DNA of 64,000 nucleotides from Callorhinchus milii (Eukaryota), in contig NW_024704743.1 of assembly GCF_018977255.1 (NCBI RefSeq), forward strand, positions 43,712,001-43,776,000. The letters run 5' to 3'. Shown here one piece after another: positions 38,037 through 49,755 of the stretch (position 1 is the first letter of the stretch; each line of letters opens with the position of its first letter). The translations under genes and the position numbers were made by a program. Under the pieces are notes generated by a model, which ran no database searches, was not told the origin of the DNA, and worked only from the letters and a program-made list of their open reading frames with translations.

Positions 38037-38388
38037 TAATAATAATAATTCTTGCATTTGATATAGTGTCTTTCACGTCTTCTAGACATCTCAAAATGCT
38101 TCACAAAATACACTGTAAAGTGAATTAACTGTATATTTGTGGGAGAAACGCCGCAGCCAATTGCGCTCAGCAGCGACCCACAAACAGTCGAGGATTGAGT
38201 GACCAAATCATTATTGTTTTTTTTGAGGGATTATTATCCCCAGAAAAGCAATCTGCCAATTGACTAACAACTGGGTTCCTACTTACTGCTTGGTAAACAG
38301 TAAGGAAACTTGTCCAACATTTCGCCGTGCTGGGAATAGAACCCAGGTCTCTCGCTTGCAAGGCAAATGCTCTAACCACTGAGCTACA
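38037..38388 (-). mobile_element. Family A SINE, long subfamily, inserted in a minus-strand CR1 3' remnant
   Basis: A/B boxes and (ATT)n tail present. The first few nucleotides are missing and replaced by a scrambled junction. Confidence 0.88.
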
Positions 38389-38659
38389 ATATATTGAGCT
38401 ATTATATATTTAAATATATTGTATTTAATATAATGTATTGTACTGAGCTATAATATATTTAAATATATTGATGCTTTTTTTGCTTGAACCACAGCTTCCA
38501 GCAACAAATTCTAGCAAGTTGGGGAGGTTCACTTTAGTCACAACAGACACACTAAACTAGATCCTAATTTGTTCTTTATTGCAGCTGTTAAAAAGCTTGA
38601 CTCTCCAAGACTTGCAGATTTTGATCAGATTTTCTGACTTTGATGCCCTGCCACTCAGG

Positions 38660-39485
38660 ATTAAATGTGGACTGAATGTGGACAAGACAGAAGCCATACT
38701 CCTTGGTTCCCGTCAATATCTTCACTCTTGCAGATCTGAACTCCTCGATCTCCCCAGCCTTTCCCTCACTCACTGAACCAGTGTGCAATCTAGGCGTCCG
38801 GTTTGACCCCCAGCTGTCCTTCCTCCCCCACATCCGGTCCCTGATCAGGACCGCCTTCTTCCACCTCCACCACATTGCCTGCATCCAGCCGTATCTTACC
38901 CCAAATGGAGCCTAAACCCTCGTGCATGGGTTTGTCACCTCCTGCCTAGATTACTCAAACACACTCCTCGCCAGTCTCCTCAGCTCCGCTATTCAAAAGA
39001 TCCAGCTCATTCAGAACCCTACCGCCTGCATACTGACCCGGCCCAAACTCCATACGCACATCTCACCAGTTCTGGCCAGGCTCCACTGGTTCTTCATCAC
39101 TAAACAGATCGAGTTCAATATCCTCACACTCGTGTTCAAATCCATTGACTCCGCGGCACCTCTCTACCTCTCCGACCTCCTCACTCACCCAATACACCAC
39201 CCAACGCCTCCACTCAACTGGTACCGGCCTCCTGCTCATCCCTCACACCCACCACCCCACCGTCGGAGGTTGTGCTTTAAGCCACTATACTCCGAGACTC
39301 TGGAACACACTCCCTCAGCTTTACCCCCTCTCTTCCCTTTCTCAAGTCCCACCTGAAAACCTTCCTCTTCGACTGTGCTTATGACCACCTCTCCCCACCA
39401 ACACCTACTCGGAGTCAGGCTCTGCCACTGTTAAGCATTCTGAGACCCTGTGTGGAGGGTGCTGTATAAGTGAAAGTTGTTGTTG
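38660..39485 (+). mobile_element. L2-clade LINE, 5'-truncated (second subfamily)
   Basis: LNVDKTEAILLGSRQ, NLGVRFDPQLSF, FVTSCLDYSNTLL, SPVLARLHW; tail GAGGGTGCTGTATAAGTGAAA(GTT)n. Confidence 0.9.
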
Positions 39486-40214
39486 AAATTCTGCACTGCA
39501 CAGCTGTAATGATACAAGGTTATTTTCTGTGCATAAATTGCCTTATTGCAATACTTGAGATATTCAATTCTTGCCATTAGACAGTTATTCCGATCAACTG
39601 GCCCCTAACTTAACATATAACTGATAGCATCATTGTGGGATTTGGGGCACCAACCCACACTCCATCTGTAAGTAACAGGATTAAAGCTCATTCTCAATGA
39701 TCTGATGTCGATATTCTCCAATCGTAAAATATTCTGCACAAATATATCAAGTGTAAAACACAGAAAGACAGAGATTCTGATAGCAGCAAAAGTTACATAA
39801 ATGATTGCAATGACACTGAATAATGATAGCATAAAATCCATAAGTGCCTGTCAAAGATTCACGTCATTTGTTGAGGTACAATCTTTTGTTTCTAACTTGG
39901 TTTCAATACCTCCTTTGAACAGACCTCTTTGACAATGTCTTTGGTCAACATCTTTAAATATGTTATTTCCCTCTTTGATGTCCACCGCAGAGTTGTGCAA
40001 TGTTCTTTTACATGAAAGACACAATATAAATAAAACTTTAGTGGACTAATTTAATGAATAACAAATCCCTTAAAACTATTGGTGACATTCAATGAAGAGC
40101 AGATTAGCTGCAAATATTCCATAGCTTTGCTGCAATTAATCCACTGCAGTTTACCTCTATTTCCTCATGGTTGGAGTAGGATGCTGGCCAAGACTTCTGC
40201 TGAACATGAGTCTG

Positions 40215-40600
40215 ATTTTTTTTTGTCAGCCTTGCACATGCAGAAACCCATCACCATGCTTTAAGAATATCCAAAACAGACAGAATCCACATATGTAAGC
40301 TACCTACACATGGGCATTTCTCTATGTTTGGAATGGAATGCATAATCTCTCCCTGGAGGAATGGACCTCACATATCTATTACCTGACAATATTGCGCACA
40401 GGTTGGCATGGGTTACCATCGAGAGCTCTGTCTGACAAGCTATCCAGGGCTTGTGGAGCTAGGACCACTTTGCCTGTTCAGGCTTTGGTTAACAAGGTTC
40501 ACAAGAACCAAGTGTGAAGAATTATTGCTCTCAGCCTACCAATGAGTCAGGCTGGCTGATCTATCATTACCAGTGTCCTGGAGTAATGCAGACCCACCTA
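40215..40600 (-). mobile_element. Family U repeat copy
   Basis: T-run, then GCACATGCAGAAACCCATCACCATGCTTTAAGAATATCCAAAAC...TGGAATGGAATGC...CTCTCCCTGGAGG. Confidence 0.7.
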
Positions 40601-41237
40601 GCTCAGGTAATAGTGTTAGAAAATAATAGACAACCAACTTAATTAGACTAACCCATTGAAATCTAACTCAATTTCATTGGACGAGTACACTGAAATCTGT
40701 CAAACAAATGTAGCAATCTAATTAATCCCATAAATCCAATCCAATCAAATAATGAATTGAAGGCACAAGATTTTGCTGTTTTCATTGTTACAGCTGCACA
40801 CTAAAGCCTCACAATGACTAGCTGCTGTCAACCTTCAAACAAGTCAAACAAAATGAAACCGATAATGAAATAGGTATTGGGTATGAAATAAATCATAAAC
40901 ACCAAACACTGACATAATCATCCAACAAAGGGAAAATAATCAAACTTTTGCTAGTCTCATCGTACTAGGATAAGCCTCAAACAGAAAGGAAGGATTGGAA
41001 TAAGTTACATTAAAAGTAGTAAGGAGATTTAACCTTGAATAGCATCAACAAAACGTTTTGATCTTTTTTCTGAGGGATTTTGCAAACAAAACTGTCTTTC
41101 TTCTGAAAAGGAACACACAATAACACAAAGGAGCCATATAATAACTTGCTTTATAAATTCTCAGCACTTCAGGGCCCAAACAAGCTGCAAATCAGGTCAG
41201 CGAGAAAGAAATCATAATCAATCAGTGGCCACCAATT

Positions 41238-41607
41238 ATAATAATCCTTGTATTTGATAGAGCACCTTATCACGGTCTTCAAGACATTTCAAAGTGCTTC
41301 AAGGAATATACTATAAAGTGGATTGACTGTACATTTTGTGGGTGAAACGCAGCAGCCAATTGTGCACAGCAGTGTCCCACAAACAGTCGTGGATTGAGTA
41401 ACCAAATTATTATTGTTTTTTTTGAGGAATTACTATCCCTGGAAAAGCGATCTGCCAACCAACTAACAACCGGATTCCTACTTACTGCTAAGTAAATCGA
41501 GGTAGGTGGAGTAGGGAAACTTACCCAATGTTTCGCCCTACTGGGAATCGAACCCAGGTCCTTTTGCTTGCGAGGCAAGTGCTCTAATCATTGAGCTACA
41601 GGACTCC
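41238..41607 (-). mobile_element. Family A SINE, long subfamily, full length
   Basis: GGAGTCCTGTAGCTCAATG head, perfect T-arm CTGGG-TTCGATT-CCCAG, (ATT)n tail. Confidence 0.9.
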
Positions 41608-41717
41608 ACTAATGACAGAAGTCAACTAGGAATCAAACCTTACAATAAACTAAAGCTGTGCAATGTTAACATGAGGATCATACGATTGGTTCGGGTGAAG
41701 TAGGCTCTTCAGCCTTT

Positions 41718-42140
41718 ATAATAATAATAATAATCCTTGCATTTGATATATACAGTCAATTCACTTTACAGTGTGTTCTGTGAAGCGCTTTGGGACGTCC
41801 TCCCGACATGAAAAGCGCTACATCAAATGCAAGGATTATTATTATTATTATTATACTGCTTTTCATGTCTTCTCGACGTCTGAAAGTGCTTCACAGAATA
41901 GACTTTAAAGTGAATTGACCGTAAATTTGTGGGCAAAACATGGCAGCCAATTGCGCACAGCAGTGTCCCACAAACAGTCTTGGATTGAAAATGACCAATT
42001 TATTATTGTTTTGTTTTGGAGAGATCATTATTAGGCGTGTGGAGTAAGGAAATTTGCCCAAGGTTTCGCCCTGCCTGGAATTGAACCCAGGTGTCTTGCT
42101 TGCAAGGCGAGTGCTCTAACCACTGAGCTACAGGACCCCA
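41718..42140 (-). mobile_element. Family A SINE (short) carrying a nested antisense 3' fragment of the youngest subfamily at 41751-41852
   Basis: The outer tail TTGCATTTGATATA is interrupted by the + strand TACAGTCAATTCAC...GCAAGG(ATT)n, then the outer sequence resumes with CTTTTCATGTC. Confidence 0.9.
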
Positions 42141-42594
42141 CCACTGAGCTACAAGACCTCATCCTTCCAGAACACCCACACTGTCCTCTTCCCGGAGAAG
42201 CATCAAGCTGTTTGTAAATGATCGGTGTCCTGGCCTCAGCCACCCTTCCTGGCAACCTGTTTTAGTTATTAATTACCCTCTGAGTAAAGATGATAGGAAG
42301 GGGAAAGTGTAGAGCAAATTGAAAATAAGTTTAAAAATTACAAAAGGAAATTCTATCTTTTGTAGTTTTGACACAAGACATTTCTTTATATCAAAAAACA
42401 ACAGCTGGAATCGATTCCCAGGACGGATTGTTGAGCTCAATTAAGAAACAGCTGAATGCTTTAATAGAAACATGGTGGCGTTGGTATTCTGAAAGAATGA
42501 GATAAAACTGTCTGAAATGATGTCTGCAGGTCTGATTGGCATTATTATTAATATTGCTGTATCAACAAGGCACTATCATCTTGGATATCACATG

Positions 42595-43425
42595 TACATC
42601 AGCTAGTCTCAGTTGATAGCAATCTCTGAGTTAGAAGATTGTTGGTTCAGTCCCCGTGTTGGGAAGTGAAACTCATACAAAATAATAATTATTCTTACAT
42701 TTAGTATCACATCAGCAGGATGTTCTCACAGGTTATAAAGTGCAATAACTATGAGTTTTGTGGACAAATACCGTAGTCAGTTAGCACATAGCAATGTAAC
42801 CCACAAACAGCCATGGAGTGATTGATCCATTTTATTTGGGGAAATTGTTGGCCAGGAAACCGAGATAAACTCCCTTCTCTTTACGAATCATGCTGTGGGA
42901 TCTTTAATGTCCAACTTAATTGGTAGAAGGGGCCTCGATTTAACATCTCATCCGATCGACAGCAGTTCCAACAATGCATCACATTTACAGCACTGATTTG
43001 GACTGTCAGTTTGGTCTATATGAGTTCCAAGAACCCGATGTTGGACTTGAACCCACAACCTTCAAAGTGAGAGTGCTTCAAACTGAGCGAAGCTGACACA
43101 TGAATGCAGTGCTGATGGTGTGTTGTTATGATAGAGGTGCCATTCTTCAGATGCGATGTTAAACCAAGTCTGCCTGTCCAATTTGAAAATCCCATGGCAC
43201 TATTTGAGAAAGGACTTGCTATTGGAGTCCTGGCCAACAATCCCGCCAACTAAAATTAGACAATCACTTCATGGATGTTTGTGGATATAGCTATGTGCAA
43301 ATTGGCTGTCACATTCACTCACAAAACACACATTTACTGTACTTTACAGTAAATCCTGTGAAGCGTTTTGTGGCATCCTCGCGATGTGAAAGGCGCTATA
43401 TTAAATGTAAAGATCATTATTATTA
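42595..43425. mobile_element. Nested family D SINEs: + copy (head 42595-42680, body about 43091-43425) split by a full - copy (about 42683-43097)
   Basis: The plus head ends GAAACTCATAC and the plus body restarts at GCTGACAC, the next block of the family. A complete reverse copy lies between them. Confidence 0.75.
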
Positions 43426-46400
43426 TTTATCAATGATAATCAAGTAAAGCAATAAATCTTTAGAAACAAGAATACTCTTGAAGTGTCATTTGAGGCTTAC
43501 TCTAACTCTTCATCTGTGGTCTATTATAGAGACTGCTGCTCCATATCAATCTGGGCTTACTCAATGCCAGCTGGCCTAAGTATTGCAAATAAATATTATA
43601 GTTATATACACTGACATATTGGAATTTACTTTTGGTTGAACAGATGTGCACATTTCTAATAGGATAAACAAGTGACAAAAATATGGCTAATAGTCATGAC
43701 CAGATCTTGTTAAAGCTGACTGACTTCAACATTAGCAAGCTTTGCATTGATATTCTTACTTTAATCAAATGTTGAACTTAATGTAATAAAATAATTCAAC
43801 TCCTGAAGGAGAAACTTCCTCTCTCCTTCATATTACTAGGATTTCCAAGAAATTCTAGATCACGTGACAGGGTAATGCTGCAATTTCACTTCAACCAAAA
43901 CTTCCATTTAAACATCACCTTTCACATAAAAGAACATCTCAAAGTGTTCCGCTATTCAAGTGGTGAACAGCAGAGGATGGAAGTAAGAGATATATATCAC
44001 TTCTTCACTACTAGTGGTCGAAATTCCATTGCATGAACATAACAGCAGTAAAGGAGTATGGATGGTGCCACCATATTTTTAGTTGCACCAAAACAGTAAC
44101 TTTGTTATCAAATAAAATAAGGTTATGATAACAACCTCGACACATCCATAACACGTAGAAGGGATTTCAACAGGAAATGTCATAACACAGATGTTTCTCC
44201 CAGCTTTTGGACAAGTCGTCAAAGGGTGAGTTATTGAGGAGAACTAGTCCTGGCTGAAGATATGCTGGAACGTAGACACTCTTTATTCAGGATCACTGGC
44301 AGCACTGTCCAGCATCGGCAAGGGAAGAGAGGGATTAGTTTTAAATAATGGTCCAGGTCAAAACTGCCAGTGGCACCTTATGTTTCTGTCTGCAAGAGAG
44401 AAGCACATTTAATGAGCGTGAAGTGAGTGCGGAGTTCAGATCCACAGAATCTGACGCTGTATAGGGCACTGCTCTCAAATATACTATTGTCTTCCCAGAA
44501 AAGAGGGGGAGGTGATGGTGGGGCTGGAAGGGGGTGTGGATAGCACAATGATATATATATTGGTATTGCATGCAATTGGTATGTGGCTGATGATATGATA
44601 CAGCCATAGACATTTACAACACAAAAGAAGGTTATTCATTTCATTGTGTCTGTGCTGGCTGTTATAAATAGCAATCCTTTCAGGCTCATTTATCTGTCCT
44701 TTCTTGTTACCCCATTCCTCAATGTTAGATGAATGATTTAGGAGCGATGTTTAGACACAGACAAGATTGGGCTATTCAGCCTTGAAAAGAAACTTCTTAG
44801 TTTGGACCTTATTGAGAAAGTAACCTCAAAATACTTTGAGGTTCATAGACACAGCAGAACAAGAGGACATAAGTTTAGAGTTGCAGTGGGGAATTTCAGG
44901 ATGAATATCAGAAAGAATTTCTTTAAGACAGGCAGCTACAATATCGCAGATGAACTGACATCTCCATCCCTAAAGCTACCACCACTGCATAACAGTCGAA
45001 GTGGGTAGCAGGCATTACATGTGCGGAGTGCTACACATGTCAGAGGGCAAGGTAGATGATGAGTTAGTACACGGTCCAACCCTAGGCACCAAGAGGTGAG
45101 AAGGAGAGAGGATGGGAAGTGTCAGTGTATAGCAAAACACCTTGAGTTCACGCAGTAAGTCATCCAAACTGCCTGTGTCCATTTACTTTACAAATGCTGA
45201 CATATTGATTTTAGATTGTACATAATCTGCGGCTTTTTTACTCAATCCTGTTTCACAATTCTTATTTGATACACTGGTTGAACTCTCTCTTATTTGTCCC
45301 AAACATTTGGAACCACCTTCTTTTTCCAATTGTTCTGTCAGAGTAAATTGCTTCAAATAGCAGAGTAGAAATACCCAGCATCCAAAACCTTAATGTACCT
45401 AAAGTCTACCATGTGTATGAATTAGGAATGCATTTATGCCTGCATATTTCTTAAAAACATGCTTTAAAAAAAGACCCTTATATTCACTATCTAGCTGCAG
45501 CGGCAGAAAGCATTTATAATCTTTGAAGAATTGCAGGCAGATTGGGAACTGGAAGCTTTGCAGAGGAAGTTTACCAAAGCATTTAATAAGACTCTGAGAA
45601 GGTCAATGACTGGGAAAATAAAACTTGTAGAAAAGGATTATCAAAAAGTGCATGTACTTTGGTTGATCTACAGAAGCAGGCCAAGGGATCCAAGGATTTA
45701 AAAAAATCCAGCAGCAAGAGATGATTATATAGAGCTGGACAGAGATAAAGAATAGTCTACAGAATGCTGACAAAATCCATATGAAACTGAAATCCACTGA
45801 TCTGTTGGACAGTGTCAAAGTCCCTGAAAAATAGATTGCACTAAGAACATACTATGCATGTGTTCACTTGGACAGATTTATTTCCAATGAAGAAAACTGG
45901 AGCACTTTAGAGAGTAATTCAAGACAGACAACTTCTCAAGGGAGACTGTAATAGTGTAATGTTTTATTTCTTGAATTGTTGGGCAACTAACACTCAAATC
46001 CTAGATGTGAAATGTTTCTGTTGCAACATATACAATATACACAATATGGTCACAATCAAAAATTATATTTTCTTTTTGTTTTCTCTGGTTATCTGGTATT
46101 GACTCTGCCTTAATGGATCATCACTATCCCTGCTCCAAGAAAATTAGTGCATCATTTCTTTTTACATTTTGGAATGTGTTTTGCAAGGTAATCATTCCAC
46201 AACAACAACTTGCATTTATATAGCACCCTTCCCTCGGGTAGAGTCTTAGAGTGCTTAACAGAGGCAGAGATTGATGCTGAGCCAGGGAGAGAGGAGATGG
46301 TTGTAGGCTCGGCCTTCACTAATGATCTGACGATGGACAAGGAGGGCATAAATCAGAGGGATTGAGGCAGAGTTCCAGAGTCTCAGGGCATAATGGCCTC

Positions 46401-47600
46401 AGATGGTGTAACGGATCTAATCTTAAATCGGCTTTAGCGAGCTGCATGGCTAGTACCAATATATATTGTATTATTTTATATTCTGTAAATACAGAAAATA
46501 AGTTCTCTCCCTGTTACATGCGCATGTATTCCCACACATCAGGGAATTGCAGCTTGATGAATATCAACTATTTCATTAGTGGAATCAATTTTATAGAAAA
46601 GGAAATCAGACACTCATGAGTTAGCCATATTTCAGTCTGGCAGACACAGGACAATAATAAAAAGGTATCCATCAAAGAAGTAAAGAAAATTGGAAGAGCA
46701 AAAGTGATAGACAATAAGAAAACAAAGAGAAAAAGAGGGAATTGTTTGAAACCAAATTAAAATAAAAAAGAGGTGAGAATGGAAACGGATGAAAACAAGA
46801 CTATGGCTAAGCCCGAGAGTGTAAAATAAAGCAATACAAGCTGTATGCAATCTGCAGACTATGTTGTCCTCATAAACTGTGAGAGCAATAGAGGAAGTCT
46901 GAGATTAAAGAAGAGCCTCCATCCAATCAGTTTTACTGGTACAGGGAACTCAGTCCAATGGTGTGAGTGAATTGATATAACATAACAGAGATGAATGATC
47001 GGATCCTAGTAGATGCTGATGTTTCCAATTTATGTTGTCGTCAGTTTACTCATTTGGAACACTGGAGGTGATGCCTTAAATTATTGTCAATTCAAAGGAT
47101 AGAGAACTACTTAAGTGCAATTAAATAAATCTCATCCTAAACTGATACTTAATATTCTATCTTGAAATGGTTTGAAATCAAAACCTCATTAGATACCTGT
47201 CACATGTTTTCATGCTCAATTGTGCTTTGTCTTTTTATCTGATGCAAAAATGTCATCTGATATCCAAGAGTAACTCCAATAAGGAGTCATTTTCCAGCAT
47301 TATCCATACCGAACTATATTTAAAAGAAATTAACTTTTTCAGAAATAATTTTACCACTAAATATACAATGTTCTTTTATGCCATTCATACTGCAGTGGGT
47401 ATGTTGTTCTACTGTTTAGAGTATGAAATAAGACTTAAATTGATTGAACTAATTTCCTTGTCCCGCTCCTTCCCACAGTTGTCTCAATTGGTATCTTTAA
47501 TCTACTGGCATAAAACTTTACTCCTGGCTCAAATCTATATTGGAATATGTGTTCAAAGCAGCTTTAATACCTGGGCCATCACTTTGTGAATGACAACATG

Positions 47601-48219
47601 CAAAATAGAGGCATTGAGTACAAAAGCGAGGAAGTTCTGCTAAATCTTTATAAGTCACTGCTTAGGCCTCAGCTGCAGAATTGCGTCCAATTCTGGCCAT
47701 CACGCTTTAGGAAGGATATCAGGCTTTGGAGAGTGTGCAGAGGAGATTTACCAGAATGGTACCAGTGATGTGGGATTTTAGTTATGTGCAGAGACTAGAG
47801 AAGCTGCGATTATTCTCCTTAGGGCAGAAAAGCTTAAGGGGAGAATTGATAGAGACGTTCAAAATTCTGAGGGGTTTTGATAAGAGTAGATAGGGAGAAA
47901 CTGTTTCCTCTGGCAGGTGGGTCGGTAACTAGGGCACATAGATTCAAGATAATTCACATAAGAACCAGAGGGGAGATGAGGCTAAACATTTTTTATAGAG
48001 AGTCATTATGGTCTGGAATGCACTAACTGAAAGGGTGGTGGAAACAGATTCCATAACAACTTTCAAAAGGGAATTGGATAGGTACTTGAAGAGGAAAATG
48101 TGCAAGGATATGGGGATAGAGCAGGGAGTGGGACTAATTAGGTAGCTCTTCCAAAGAGCTGGCACAAGCACGATGGGCCGAATGGCCTTCTGCACTGTAA
48201 TATTCTATGATTCTATGAT
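47601..48219 (+). mobile_element. CR1 3' fragment, well preserved
   Basis: NRGIEYKSEEVLLNLYKSLLRPQLQNCVQFW; ends ACGATGGGCCGAATGGCCTTCTGCACTGTAATATTCTATGATTCTATGA. Confidence 0.92.
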
Positions 48220-48307
48220 ACAGACTTGAAAATTGTCAACATTCCACATGTTGACCCTAATTTTCTATAACATTCAAAAGTTATGAGGGGCTGTGCTGTG
48301 CATTCAC

Positions 48308-48632
48308 TACAACAACAATAAAATTACATTTATAGAGCGCCTTTCACGTCGGGAGGACATCCCAAAGCGCTGGACAGTCAGGGGTCGGAACTCAAGCATG
48401 GGGGAAGGGTGGGGTAGGGATGAGGGAAAGTAGAGAGGTGGGAGGGCGACCAAAGGCACAATCGAAAAGAAGGGTCTTGAGACCGGCCTTGAAGGAAGCA
48501 AGGGAGGAAGTGAGGCGAAGGGACTGTGGGATGGAGTTCCAGAGTGTGGGTGTAGAGAGGCTGAAAGCCCGGCCACCGATGGCAGGGCGGGTAGGGCGGG
48601 AGACATGGAGCAGGCCGGAGCCCGCTGAACGA
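48308..48632 (-). mobile_element. L2 3' fragment, young
   Basis: Close reverse complement of about 62080-62388, with a (CAA)n tail. Confidence 0.9.
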
Positions 48633-48715
48633 GTCTAAAGAAGCAAAGATCTAACATTTCTGGCCTCTGAAAGAGAGGCACACTGATATACCGGGCAAAA
48701 GATATTTTGTCATTC

Positions 48716-49093
48716 TAATAATAATAATAATTCTTGCATTTGATATCAAGCCTTTTCACATCATTGAGATGTCTCAAAGCACTTCACAGAGTAAAGTGAA
48801 TTGACTATATTTTTGGGGGAAATGCATCAGCCAATTGTGCACAGTAGTAACCCACAAACAGTCATGGATTGAGTGACCAAATTATTATTATCTTTTATTA
48901 AAAATATTTCAATAGATTATTACCCCCTGAAAGCAATATGCCAATCAATTAACAACCGGGTTCTTACTCACTACTAGGTAAACAGAGGCGTGTGGAGTGA
49001 GGAAACTTGCCTAAGGTTTTGCCCTGCCGGGGAATCGAACCCGGCTCCTATCATTTTCGAGGTGAGTGCTCTAACCATCATACTATAGGAATC
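48716..49093 (-). mobile_element. Family A SINE, long subfamily
   Basis: (AAT)n tail, shared body, B box GGGTTCGATTCCC. Confidence 0.85.
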
Positions 49094-49279
49094 CACAACA
49101 TTCCATTCAAGTGGAATCGTAATGACGAGTAAAAGTGGAGCCCTTTGAAGCTTAGCAATGCTGGTTTCTATGTAGAGGATAGTCTTCAGCTTAGTTGAAA
49201 CTGAAGAGAATTGACCCAAAGAAACTACATCAAGTTGAATGTCTGAGAAATAACCCTATAAAAACATTCTGGTGAATAA

Positions 49280-49755
49280 GAACAACAAAATCACATTTGT
49301 ATAGCGCCTTTCACATCGGGAGGATGCTCCAAAGCGCTGGACAGACAGAGTTTCGGACCTGAGCTGGGGGTTGGGATCAGGGAGGATGGAGGACAGGGGA
49401 CGAAGCAAGGTGATCGAAAGCATGGTCGAAGAGGAAGGTCTTGAGATGAGTCTTGAAGGAGTCAAAGGAGGGGGTGCGAGGTGGAAGGACTGCGGAATGG
49501 AGTTCCAGAGGATGGGGGTAGAGTGGCAAGGCGGGGGACATGAAGCAGGCCGGAGCCCGCTGAGTGGAAGGATGCAAGCGCCTGAAGTGTGAAGGCGCTG
49601 ACGGGAGCCAATCAGGAGAGCCTCGGTCTTGTTGATGTTCAACTGAAAAAAGTTATCTCTCATCCAGACACTCTGTCAGGACAGCAGTGGCCCTGGAGTC
49701 AAGGATGGAGGCGGAGAGGTACACTTGGGTGTCATCCGCATACATGTGGAAGTTG
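49280..49755 (-). mobile_element. Internally deleted L2 fragment
   Basis: The minus strand encodes HMYADDTQVYL and FFQLNINKTEALLIGSRQRLHTSGA, then jumps to the C-terminal and 3' tail region. Confidence 0.85.
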
